The notes beneath the pieces are model-generated. The model searched no databases. It was given only the letters and a program-made list of their open reading frames with translations, and was not told the DNA's origin. A stretch of DNA of 64,000 nt from Oculina patagonica (Eukaryota), in assembly GCF_052425735.1 (NCBI RefSeq), contig NC_135758.1, forward strand, positions 7,068,001 through 7,132,000. The letters are read 5' to 3'. Of this stretch, positions 13,563 through 26,100 are shown piece by piece. A program made the position numbers and the translations under genes. Each line of letters opens with the position of its first letter. Within the stretch, counting starts at the first letter, position 1.

Positions 13563-16445
13563 GTTGGTAGCAAGGAAGGTACAACATACTCCCAGGTAGA
13601 AGGGTCCCGGCCTTTGGTGTTTGTCAAATCTTTAATTCACTGAGCTGTTTATCGCCAAGTGTCTTTCTATTATTTGGACGTTCTCTTTTTAAACTTGACT
13701 TTGTCTCTTCAAATGCTTTGTGCTGTAGCCACAGCGCCACTTAATCCTAATGATGGATAAGATTAAAAAGGGGTGATGCACTGAACGTCTTGTTTCTTTA
13801 AAAATGCCCAGTTAATATATATCGCCGGCACTTATGACTTAACTTAACCATGTGGCTCAATTTGGACTATTTCTCGTATTTGACGAACCAAAGCTACAAC
13901 CTTCCGTGATATTAAACACAATCACACAAATTCACAAACGTATTTAACGAGAACCATTAAATCTCTCAGATAATGATTTCATAGCAGAACACCAGAACAC
14001 CGTTCTGTCATTCTGTCTAATTTCATGGTTAATTGTCAATGACTCAAGAAAATCGCAAACAAGAAGGATATGCGTGCAAATTAAAGGCACACTATCACGA
14101 GCTTCACTTAAAACATTTTAAAGCCTCAAGACGTATAGAAATCTACGAATAGTGGTCCAGTTTTGTTCAACGTTACTATGCCAGTGAACTGAAGCTATGA
14201 ACTAGTGATATTTATGTGATGTCATCAGGAACTTTTGATCTCATTTTGAAAATGTCAGGCTGATTTTTCAAGTTATGCCCTTGTGGCCTGATTCAGCTAA
14301 AAACTTCCAACGGCTCCCATCCACAAAATTTTATTTTTTAGTATTTTAATGAGTTTTAGTATTTTATCATCCCATTGTAATTTAATATATTTTTCCTTAA
14401 TATTGTTTTTGTTATCGTTTTCTAAATTTTATATTACTTGTCAATTTTTTTCATGTCACTTTTTGTCAATTTTAACATTTTTCTTTATTTTTCCAGATTT
14501 TTTGATACAGAATCGTAAGGTTTGTTTATTTTTACATTTCATAAACATTCTGGCATGATTTTGCATCAATTTTTGTTATTTTCCTACTTTCTAAGAAAAT
14601 GGTGAAATCCATGATGGCGGATCCAAGATGGAGGCTCTTATGACGTCATAGCCAACAAAAATTATGTCATCTTGTAGAATAACCTAAGGGCTTTCTACAA
14701 AGTGTAGGAAGATTTTGCTTTGCCTTAATAGAACGAAAACCCGGGGAGGGGTTCCATCCAAAGCTTACCCCCCCCCCCTTGTACGGCGGTGGGGGTTTGA
14801 GTTTGCTTGTACGTCCGAGACTGAGTTAAAATCGTGAACTTGAAAGACAACTGATTTATTACGTTAAGTCAGAACCGAGTTTGCGACCTTTGTTTTGAGA
14901 CGATAGCCTAGCCTGTTTACGTTTCACTTTTTCAATCCAGCTATGTTCATTTAGTTATGTGCTGATTGTATCTTCATTAGTTCTCAACTACTGTATATCA
15001 GCGAAGAATCCTGACGTTTCGCGAAGAATGGTATGCCTTTTCGTTCTGACCTTAAGCTGAATGACAGCTCTTTGGAAGAATCATTCGAACTCTATGATCC
15101 TGGATAAGTTACTAGTAACAAGCTGTCCTGCAGCTGTAGTTAATTATAAACAATTATCAAACTGTCCGAAGTTGTTTTAATTTTTTTTTAAATGTTACCT
15201 AACTGGTAATACAGTCGCCTATTCGGAATACAGCATTAGTTTCCTATGGTTTCTTACCTTGCATTGAACTGGAGGGCTCGAGGACCAGTTACTCATCTTT
15301 AGAACACTCTCCATGCGCCTTATTCATTCGAAACACGTGGCTGAATGGTTTCCTTGATAATAAAGTCCCAGTTGGAGGTAGAGTATTTAGTTGTGTCTCG
15401 CTGCAGCACCGGTAAATGAAGACAATGCTTAACTGTAGCATGATTTCTTTTTTGTACTGGAGCAAACAGGTTGGGGCCAAAGTAGTTCAGTTTCTGGTTT
15501 GACCATTTTTATGTGGTTATCAGACGTCCGAAACAGAAAAAATCGCGACTCGGTAAATGTTTCAACACATTCACATTTGCAATTCAAATTTCCAAATGTT
15601 TGTGACTGCTCCGTTTTCTTATATTTTTTGCAAAATTTCTTTCATTCAAATCTAGCAATTTGAAAATATGTAGCGTGGGGGCATTGAATTACTACCTTTT
15701 TTGAGGAGAAATATAGTCAACGCGAAGAGGAATGAAGCTAAAACAAAATGCGCGGCAATCTTAATTCATGCAACATGAATTAACGTCGGAAATAAACGAT
15801 CACAAACAAATGACTAAAAGCTCGCTTAAATGTCAACATGTCAAAAGTAATTGTTTTTTAAACAATGTCTGCCTATACTAACGGTCCTATCCATGTAAAT
15901 ATCCGTTACTCTAAAGAAACTTCTAGTAGCATGTAAATATTATATTTATTTATCAATAAAAGCGAGTTCCCTTCATTTTACCGCCATCTTTAGGGCCCCT
16001 TACAGCAGTACGGTATATAAGATTTGTATTTAAAAAAAGATTGTTTAAAAAACCTATGGTAGCCGCCTATGGTCCGAGTCACCACGCAATTACATGAGAA
16101 GCATATGCGCATGCATGCTTATCTTGTCATTTACAGTGTCTGCTTTCGGGTTAGTCAACACACGTACGAACATCTATTGAGGCCAGCCACGTAAGTGTAC
16201 TCAGTAAGCCTAGGGGCCGTCAGTGCAGTCTAGACTTGTCAAAAAGTCGACTACTGCCGGAAACGGGCTTTGAGGAAGTCTACAGTCTAGAGAAAGTCGA
16301 AAATTATAATAAATGACTGGAAAAAAAAAAGCGGCAAAGAAGAGTTTAGAATTCGTCCCGTCGTTTTCCGCCGCCTGTTTTCGCTTTTTTCGCGTTCGCT
16401 AACCCTTGGATGCCATCCAAGAATGTCGAAAACGGCAATTTCTCT

Positions 16446-16945
16446 NNNNNNNNNNNNNNNNNNNNNNNNNNNNNNNNNNNNNNNNNNNNNNNNNNNNNNN
16501 NNNNNNNNNNNNNNNNNNNNNNNNNNNNNNNNNNNNNNNNNNNNNNNNNNNNNNNNNNNNNNNNNNNNNNNNNNNNNNNNNNNNNNNNNNNNNNNNNNNN
16601 NNNNNNNNNNNNNNNNNNNNNNNNNNNNNNNNNNNNNNNNNNNNNNNNNNNNNNNNNNNNNNNNNNNNNNNNNNNNNNNNNNNNNNNNNNNNNNNNNNNN
16701 NNNNNNNNNNNNNNNNNNNNNNNNNNNNNNNNNNNNNNNNNNNNNNNNNNNNNNNNNNNNNNNNNNNNNNNNNNNNNNNNNNNNNNNNNNNNNNNNNNNN
16801 NNNNNNNNNNNNNNNNNNNNNNNNNNNNNNNNNNNNNNNNNNNNNNNNNNNNNNNNNNNNNNNNNNNNNNNNNNNNNNNNNNNNNNNNNNNNNNNNNNNN
16901 NNNNNNNNNNNNNNNNNNNNNNNNNNNNNNNNNNNNNNNNNNNNN
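16446..16945. other. Assembly gap (500 N)
   Basis: Run of exactly 500 N. A round size is typical of a scaffolding join. Confidence 0.99.
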
Positions 16946-17056
16946 CTTTATTATGCTATACAAGGTGGTTCTAACTTTTAAGTCTGTGGATAAAACCCTA
17001 GTTTGTGACCATTCAAATGAAAGGTATTGAGCAGTACTTTCTTGTAGTGCTGTTTG
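16946..17056. repeat. One unit of a ~100-bp coral tandem or interspersed repeat at the contig edge
   Basis: tacaaggtggttctaacttttaagtctgtggat...tgtgaccattcaaatgaaag...gagcagtactttc. Recognised from memory as an abundant scleractinian repeat. Only one unit is visible. Confidence 0.55.
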
Positions 17057-17112
17057 TTTTCAGTATTGTGCGACATTAAATTTGGGATTTGGGATGTTTT
17101 CCTTCCTAACAG

Positions 17113-20100
17113 GCGTTCGTGGAGAATTACCCTCAGTTCAAGAAGATGTCAGGAACAGTGTCTAAACATGTTACAATTGTGGGCGAGTTGTCTCGTCTGG
17201 TCACAGAAAAATCACTCTTGGACGTGTCCGAGGTTGAACAAGATCTCGCCTGTCAGAATGACCATTCGTCTGCTCTACAGGTTAGTATTAAAATTGTCAC
17301 TGACGTCTTCCGTTTTCTTGGGAAACAACGATCGAAAATCTTTGCAGTGCAGTGAGCCAATCCGAACTTATGTAACCAGTGGAAGGCGCGCGTAAAACAA
17401 TATTGTAATTGTGATGAAATACACGGGAAAACGTGTAGCCATTGAATTGCGCGGGAAAACGTGTAACCATTGAATTGCGCGGGAAAACGTGGAATCTGTG
17501 ACGAGCGCGGGAAAACAGGAATCCGGTGAAAAACGCGGGAAAACGTGTAACTGGCAAGCACGGTCTAATGGTGGATTTCCACTGACGTGTAATTTTTTTT
17601 ACGTGCGTGAAAAAAATTAGAGTCAAGGTGGATTTCCACTGACGCGTATAGTTTTACGTGCGTTTATGTGCGTGAGACAATGTATAAACGACTCGCGTGA
17701 ACGTGTACGCAAGCCATTTATACATTGTCTCTAAATTTTTTCACCCACATAAACGCACGTAAAAAAATTACGCGTAAGTGGAAATCTAGCATAAACCACG
17801 CTTTAATTGGTCGAGTGGCATTGTCTATTTTATTGACTGGTTAGAGAACGTTTCCATGTGTTTTCATGTACCAATCACTTAGTCCAGTAAACTACCTTCC
17901 AAAATGACTGTTTTTAAAAATGTTTCTTGTGTGTATTCAAGGTTTTGTAAGCAATCGACTTTGTTAATTAAGTTGAGTTTGATAAAGATTAATTACCCAA
18001 CGTAACGAATTTGAAAAGCTTATGCTTCGGGCGTCAATTTATGGTTAGCTAAGCCTTTCACTTGCCCACCGACGAAGCACGACATTTTCTTTGCAAACAG
18101 AAATCTGTTGCAACTTATCTTTCTCGCATGGGCGAGGGGCAAAGTTTTTCGCAGGTGCTGAAAACCGCTCTTATCGCTTGTGCATCATATGGGCCTATTG
18201 CATTAGTTGCTAAGAACATTTTTAAAGGGACTATGTCCCGGGGATTTCACAGTTTTTTGGTCAAAACTGTTTTGAAATAAGTGGTAGGCAACTTAACCCA
18301 TAAAAAACATTATCTTTGAACATCTAATGCAAAAAATAACCTTAATTTACGGATATACATAGTGACAGTCCCTTTAAATTTATAAACTTCCATTTATTCA
18401 AACTTGTTCGTCCTTCAGAACATTCGTCGTCAACTGGCTAATGAGAACGTGTCTGAACTGGACATGATTAGGATGGTGTCCCTGTACGCGCTGCGGTACG
18501 AAAAACACAGCAGCAATGACGTGGGTGGCCTGTTGAACTTGTTGTCAAGAAGAGGAGTCAGTGAGCAATATAAGAAGGTGCGTAGTTTTTCAATAATGTT
18601 GTTCTCTAGTTCGTTTAGTGTGATCGTCTGGGTAAGAGTAATTCTGAAAAGAACTGTTGTTAATGACTGACATTTCGACAACCTGAGCGGAAGTCATCAT
18701 CCGAGTCAAGTGAAAAGTTGTTGTCAGTCGATGATGTTATAAGTCTGGGCCCAGTTGTTCAAAGGGTGGATAACGCTATCCACCGGATAAGTCGCTATCA
18801 AGTGGATAACTGTCATACAAAATCTTCTTCGCTATCCACTGGATAGTGATTTACTATTTACTCGAATAAGCGCCGCGGCGCTTATTAAATTTTTCGCGTC
18901 TCAAGTGCGGCGCTTATTCGAGGGGGGCGCTTATTTGAGGGCGGCGCTTATTTAAAATTTGGACGCCACAAAGAATCTTATCTTATCTTTTACAGTTATT
19001 GAAAAGAGCGTCTCTTGAAGTGGCGCTAGCTGTCCTGGCAAAAGTTGGCGGCCTTTGCAGCATTTACAGAACTACGTATTGTTAGAGTGTTGAATAGAAA
19101 AACTAATGGAAGAGCGATAAAACAATCACTCATAACTGCAAAACATCGGTTTTGATGCAAAGAAATTTTCAAGCTTGTCTTAGAGTTGCTTTGTAGTCAA
19201 GTGCCGTTTAAGTTAAACAAAATTATTCAAATAAGCGCCGCATCGAGACTGCGGCGCTTATTCAGGGGCGGCGGTTATTCGGGGGCGGCGCTTATTCGAG
19301 TAAATACGGTATCCACCCTTTGAACAGCTGGGGCCTGATCCGTTGAAGCCGATTAGTCATTTTAGCCGTAATGTTATTGGCTAAAAGACTCGCTTTTCTC
19401 CTTTACTATTTTACCTGAAAGAAACAAGCTCTGATTTTGGCAGAAAACATCGTCCTGTTATCCAATAAGGAAGATTTATAACACGAACACTTTTAATGCA
19501 CTCTGTTACAATATACATTGCATCTCTTAGAAACTCGTCATAAAGTAAGAATACTTTGCGATTAATTGCCTGATGATCTTGAAATTTCGGAGATCGGGAA
19601 CTTGAAAAAAAGGAATTTTGAATGAAAGCGTAATTGAAAAGAAAGTAAAAACACTAGTACAAATACATGTTATCATACTCGCTTTTGTTATACAAAACTT
19701 CTACTCTATCTGGCTTTTTACAAATGTGCTTTTAACTGAGAATTAAACAGATTACATGTGTCCTCAGCACTGGACACAACAAATAAGGGTGACGACTTTT
19801 CGGTATAGCGTACATCAAGTCGCAAGTGAAAAGTTTCCATCGCTTGCCATACTTATAGCGACAAAGCTGGTCGTAGCTGGGAACGCTGTAATGAACAAAG
19901 GTCAAACCAACCACGCACACACTTAACCATACGACACGATGTGAACGAAGGTCAGCGGTTCGGATGGCATCTTGAGCCAATCGGCATTACACGACCTGAC
20001 GTTCGGGTCGAGTTGGGTCCACCCGAAAACCGTCTCCATTGTCGAACATGTTCAATGGTCGTAACGACGAAACAACAAAAAAAAACTTTCTAGAAGTTGC

Positions 20101-23100
20101 AATTGCAAGACGTACCGTTCAGTTGTGCGAAAGAAAATTTGCGAGACGCTTGTGAACCGTGCGGTTGTGTTTATTCACCTTTTTCTTAAACCTGTTTGTG
20201 AAACTAGCTTTGTTTACTCAGATGGGTTTATACTGTAAATAATAGTTACTTGTCTCCTGAAAACCATTTAGTTTGCGAAAGGCTTCATTATAACGATGGT
20301 CAATAAATTAAAAAAAATATCGGTTTCTGGCCTGAAGCAAACGTGAAATAAGTTGAGTTCGATAAGCAATAATTAACTGGCTGGCGAACTAAGTGTTTCG
20401 TCATACCCCGACCAGAGGCGCAGAAAATACTGCTTGAAAATGGAAGCCTAATAATTTCTATTTCCCTAATGGGCCATGATTTGTGGTGCCATTGCCGGTA
20501 ATCTTCGTTGTAAACACTCACTGAGCCTGAATCGTAAACGACGTCAGGCGCGCTTCGCATTTTTTAGAGGTTGGGAGGGGTGGGTGGGAGATGCAGTAGC
20601 GTAATAGTTGGCGCGCTGAACTTCGGATTGAGCGGTTCGGGTTCAAGCTCTGGCTGGGGACGTTGTGTTGTGTTTTTGTGCAAGACACTTTTCTTTCAGA
20701 GTGACTTTCTCCAACTAGGTGTGTGCGATGGACTAGCATCCCATTCTGACAGGGGAAAATAGAAATACTCCTTGTCGTTTAATGCTACGGAAACCGAGAT
20801 TAGTTCGGTCCGCCGATATGAGTAACTAGAGGGGTGGGAATGTTTGATAACTGAGGTGCAATTCTGCTCTCCACCCCCTTCTCCCAGCCTAATTAAAGTT
20901 CGCCAATTTTCTTCTTTTCGAATGCTGCTTTGTTTACGAGAGCAAGCACGGAGGGCCAATGATCGAAACGCACTTTCTTTTATGAGTTTTGCTAATTGTT
21001 ACGATGCCCATTTGTAAAATTGCAGTGTTCGACTGCGTGAAGCATATCCAGGAAAAAGACTTTTGGTTGTAATTATTGAAATGTTCAAGAAATCGACGGC
21101 TCTAGAAATCAAGATTCCACTAATTCTATCTTTTTGTTTAAATTATCGTATATACATTTTGTTAAACATTTTAAAATGAAAACTAGCGATATAATACATT
21201 TTGTTGACAAATATATCCTTATAAATGTCTGTTTCCTTTTGCTATATATTTCTACCAACTCCTAAAACAACTTGACTAAATGCATAAAATTAATAGTTTT
21301 TTTTTTGTTAAATCGTCCTTTGTTTTCTTTTGACATGTCATACATTATCTCCTCTTGGAGATTTTCTTTTTATCCGGGCACGAAGAAACGACCAAGCCAC
21401 ACTTTAGACTGACTAGAAAGGTGTTTAAACTGAATTAATGTAGTCCCTTAACCAAACATGTATTTATTAATATGTACAAAAACTGAAAACCTTATTGTTC
21501 TTGTCAGTTTATATACAACGAAGTCCTCAAATCGAGAAGGAAAAGTCAAGTGCGCTGAATATCTTGCATTAAAATCCTGTAATCTAATGTTAATCTCAGC
21601 TTTAAAGTTAATCTTGATGCAGAGTAATTTGAACAAATCGAATCCCGTTTAAAGGGACTGTGTTACGGTTGAATTAAGTCTATTTTATTAAGTTTTACCA
21701 AATACTTGCTTTGAAACTTAATGTTTGCAAGGAAATTACTTCTATGGATCTGAATGACAAACTTCGTTGCAACCAAACTGATGTGTCTACCTGGTGCTAT
21801 AATTTAAAATTACAAGCAAACGAAATTAACTTTGAAAACTGTTCGGCCCAAGAATATTTCAAAAACCCATATCGCAATCCGTTTCAATCTTCTTCACTTT
21901 TAGCCATCCGTACCTTCTTTTGAATTGTTGTGTTATTAAATTGTTCCTTCGTTGTTTAAAGAGGTTATTTTCATATTTCACCGAATTTGTCGGTCATTTT
22001 CCTTGCCTACAAAATTTAGCTTAAATCCATGACACAGCCCCTTTAGACTCTTTGTGATCCACGAAGTCCGGTAGTAAAGGATTTCAATGCGTCTAAAAAG
22101 TCCTGTTTCATGAACGTGCACAGAAGTGGGTTGCATAACGCGGTCAAAAAACGAAAGAAAATGATGCTGGTCACTATTGCATTCATGGCTTTTGGCGATA
22201 TGCTGTGGAGCCCTGCCATCTCCAGATCATCCATTATAGCCCACAGAAAATAGAAAAACAGGCCAAATATGAACACTGCGATCATTGCAATGAACAGCGA
22301 AGCGATCTTCTTTTCGTTCACCTTTCGTCTGCCGGCATTGACGCGGGACGCCGAGCGTGAGCGTCGAGACAGTTCACTGTGGATTTCATTGCTTTGTCTG
22401 CGAAGGTGAATGAAAAGTTTGGTGTAGATAGCGCCCATAAAGATCAGGGGTAGTATGACGAGGGCAGCCATGTGGAAAAAATCGTAGCCAAGCTCAATGC
22501 GAATCAATGTTTCGTCGTCCAGAACTGCCAGAATCCAGATGAGTTGTATCGTCGAAGCTAGCAGTGCAAATCCCCAGGCAAAAGCGAGTGCCCATTTGAT
22601 TCTCTCCTCAGTCACGATTGAGGGATACTGTAGGAGCTTCGTTACTCTAATGTAGCGGTCGATTGATAAAAGAATGAGATGGCCCACGGACGAGAAAGCC
22701 AGGAAGCGATTCGATATATCCATGGCGATGCACACTTCGAGCTGCAACGTTGCGGAGCAAGCTATCACCATCGGCACCGCGAGCAGGCCTGTCAGAAGAT
22801 CGCTGAATGCAAGGCTTGCGAGCATTGTGTTGGACGTGGTACGAAGACGTCTCCTTCGCCAGATCAGCAGTAAAACTAAGCTGTTTGCTATGACGATGAA
22901 AAACGAAAGCAACCCATAAAGAACGAACGCTCCCGTTTGGTCGCTCGTGAACGGCTCTTCCATGTCAAATTCGTCATCTGTGGCGTTGCTATCGTTGTTG
23001 TTATCCATCTTTTAGCAATTTTCGTGGGCTTTCTGGTAACCAGTTACTTGATTTATCTATTCGTGGCTAAGTTTAGCAGAGTTATTTTCTGTCTAGGGAG

Positions 23101-26100
23101 TTCGGTTCAAAATTTGTTCCGCGGTCAGTCTTTTTAGACACACCTCGCCGTGAAAGGCAAAAAAGGCCTTGTTGTTTACGATACCAATCTATTGTTGATG
23201 AACTCCTCTCAAGAAAGAAGGCAAATACCCTGAAGTCTTCCTTTGTGTTTGTCTGTCTGTCGGCTACTGATCTCTGTTGCAGCACAAAATGAATTCGTGT
23301 CTGAAAATAATCAGGCAAAAAGCAATTAGTATATGCTAAATTAAAAGGTTACTTAACGTTTGTCATAGCTCAAGTGACTAAAGGTTTGCAGCAAAAGCGT
23401 TTTTAATATGCCACTCAATATGTAAATGGAATTTTGAAAATTGAAAACTAAAACTTGCTCGTTTTTAAAAAGGTACCGACGGTTTTGCCTGAGTGCCGCT
23501 CTTTTTTACGGCAAAATATACATCCGCCGGCTTTGCTCTGTAAAAAAATACTTACAGAAACATTAACGACCCGAAAACGTGACTATTCCTTATTTTAATT
23601 TTTAATCCAGGTACTTAAATGTAATCATTTAGTTTTTAGGTCTTTTTTCCTTCAAACGACACTTTTAATTTCGCAGTTTGCTCGCTGCAAATGCCTTCCG
23701 GAAGTTTTAGTTGAAAGTTGAAGCGTCAGAATATCCGAATGTTGTAGACAAACTGAAAATTACTCAAATCGTACGAGTATTATAATTTCCCCTTTTGAAT
23801 ACGATATAATTTCCCCTTTTTGAATGTACTTACACACGTTTCTTCTAAACAAGTCCCGCAAATGTCCTTAGTAGTCTTTCATGTACATCAAATGGTGCAA
23901 TTTTGTGCTGTTTTGAGCAAAACTATTTGTAGTTTCTTATCCGTGCGTTACATGTATTATCTTATCTTTGAAAGGATTTCAATGTAAACAGATATTTGCA
24001 TCCTGCGAGTTTCAATAAAATGTGGCATTGTTTGTTCTCGAAGAATAGAAAAAAGCTAAATTGCTTTCAATTACAAACTTCCTCAGCTTTGTCAGTAATG
24101 ACGCGCTTATAACACCCAAACAAAGCAACGGCCTTCGATCCTCAAAACATTGAATAGTGATTTTGTGAACGAAACTCTCGCCCGATTTTGCTGCCTCCAA
24201 TTGGCTTCAATGTGGATTGTACTCAAAGCAATTGTTATCTTTAACACGACTTTTATGCAAACAGAATTTTTAAGTACTCATTAGGATGTTGTTTGCTTTT
24301 CGAGAATAGAAAATGTGAAATTACCTTCTTTGAAAAAAGAGTAGAATACAGCCTTGTTCGAAAGTGTGAAATTGTTTCTGGACATCAAAGCGAAACTAGG
24401 CGACACTGTGGTTTTGAAACTAGTTAATTTTCATGCAGATTTAGAACCGTTTTTATTATTTACTTTAGGCTAAAAATTTCACGAAATATTATTGTGTTTG
24501 TTTTGTGAAGTTTAATGTTCATAACATTCACTTGCAAAGATAAGCTAGGAAAAACTTAAAACTGAAGGAGAATGAAAAAACTAGTCTTGAAAAAAGGTGT
24601 TTAAAAATTGTAGAGTTCGGAAATCATTTGAAATCACGGCTGGTTTGAACTGATAGAGCCCATTAGATTGATGTTACTACGGACATCGGAAACGAAGCGT
24701 GCGTTGTCAATCATTCTGCACTTGAATGGTTTAAATATAGCAGAACGCATTTCCCTTAAAATCCAACTTCATCCGTATCTGGCGAAACTAGCGATAAATT
24801 TTGACATTTTGGCTTGTATTACTTTACATCTTTAAAAAAAGACGACAGGTTTTGTGTAGTTTGCTTGTGTACCTCCTATTTCACAGGAAGGATAACAGAC
24901 GTCTGAACGCAGGTTAGGTTTTCTGTCAAGTGAACAGTTTGTGGATTGCAGACTGAATTATGAGTGTTCCATAAGTCGTCCAAGTGCTTAGTTTTGCCGA
25001 TAAATTATAGAAATGCATGGTATATTGCTTTTAATATAATTTTCATACGATTTGCTGGTGCAAAAATCAACACCTATTAACCAATGAGATTGCGCATATC
25101 ATCTTAAGTTATCTGTGTAAAAATATTGATATTGTTGTGTTTACAAGGCAAGCAGCAAAATGCAACCTGTCGCCTTCCCGGGTCGCCTAATCAAAAATCA
25201 TAAAAGACAAACCATTTCGCAACATGAATGTGTAGTTTTGCTATCTACGAGCCAAAAGACAAAAAGAGTAACTCAAACGGTAAACCATATCAGGCCGACC
25301 TCTGTCGTTCACTAAAGCTGTGTAATTTTTTGTACTTAAGTCAACCAGCGATAATGTCTGGAAAAATTGGCGCACGGTAGAGTTGCGTAATAAATTATAA
25401 AGGGACATAATTAGAACATGCTTATGCCTAATTATGCCCCACCCCACCCCGCTTCCACCCCCACCCCTTAGAGGAAACGAAAACACCCCTTTTATGTGGT
25501 TTATTATTAATATTATTAGGGGAGCAGGGATGGCGCAGTGGTGAGAGCGCTCGCCTCCCACCAATGTGGCCCGGGTTCGATTCCCGGACCCGGCGTCATA
25601 TGTGGGTTGAGTTTGTTGTTGGTTCTCGTCCTTGCTCCGAGGGTTTTTCTCCGGGTTCTCCGGTCTTCCTCCCTCCACAAAAACCAACATTTCCAAATTC
25701 CAATTCGATCGGGAATCCGAGGGCCACAGGTTTGTCAGTCGAAAGACTGTTATGTGCAACCCTCGTTAAACAAAGTTGATTTATTTATTATTTATTTAAT
25801 ATTATATATCCTTTTTTTTTTCCTTTGGATGCGTCAGCTGGTGACTGCTCTGGTCCAATATGGAGGCCGAAATGTCAGGAGCAGCGATCTCTTTGGACAA
25901 AACAAAACTCCACTTTCACTGACAAGAAGGTTCTTTAAGGGATTAAAGGTATGTTTAGCAAGAGTTCAGTGCTGGAAATAATTTTTCTTACTTAAAAGGA
26001 CATGTGTCCTTCCAAACTTTTATTTTGAACGGACATATTAGAAAATTGGTCGGACATCAATTCGCATTTTAAATCAAACACATTGAATTTTCCAAGACAC

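Larger units (their letters stand above)
1..16445 (+). repeat. Near-identical duplicate of 26476-43203 (probable uncollapsed haplotype or very recent segmental duplication)
   Basis: Collinear throughout: 1 aligns to 26476 and 16445 to 43203. Many ORFs are duplicated in the ORF track. Differences are SNPs, short indels and one ~230-bp indel. The copy ends at a 500-N gap. Confidence 0.95.
18602..19393 (-). mobile_element. Penelope-like element terminal fragment with a degenerate hammerhead motif, interrupted by nested MITEs
   Basis: Minus strand 18708-18664 reads TGACT-CGGATGA-TGACTTCCGCTCAGGTTGTC-GAAA-TGTC-AGTCA. The fragment appears to resume after 19337. Confidence 0.65.

Noticed and set aside
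16346-17030. Long ORFs across the gap (also 61600-62082)
   Set aside because: They are composed of N-derived X residues.
25519-25595. tRNA gene
   Set aside because: The A and B boxes run straight into a SINE body and AT-rich tail, so this is a SINE head. The overlapping 147-172 aa ORFs are SINE artefacts, apart from the VPS45 exon at 25838-25948.
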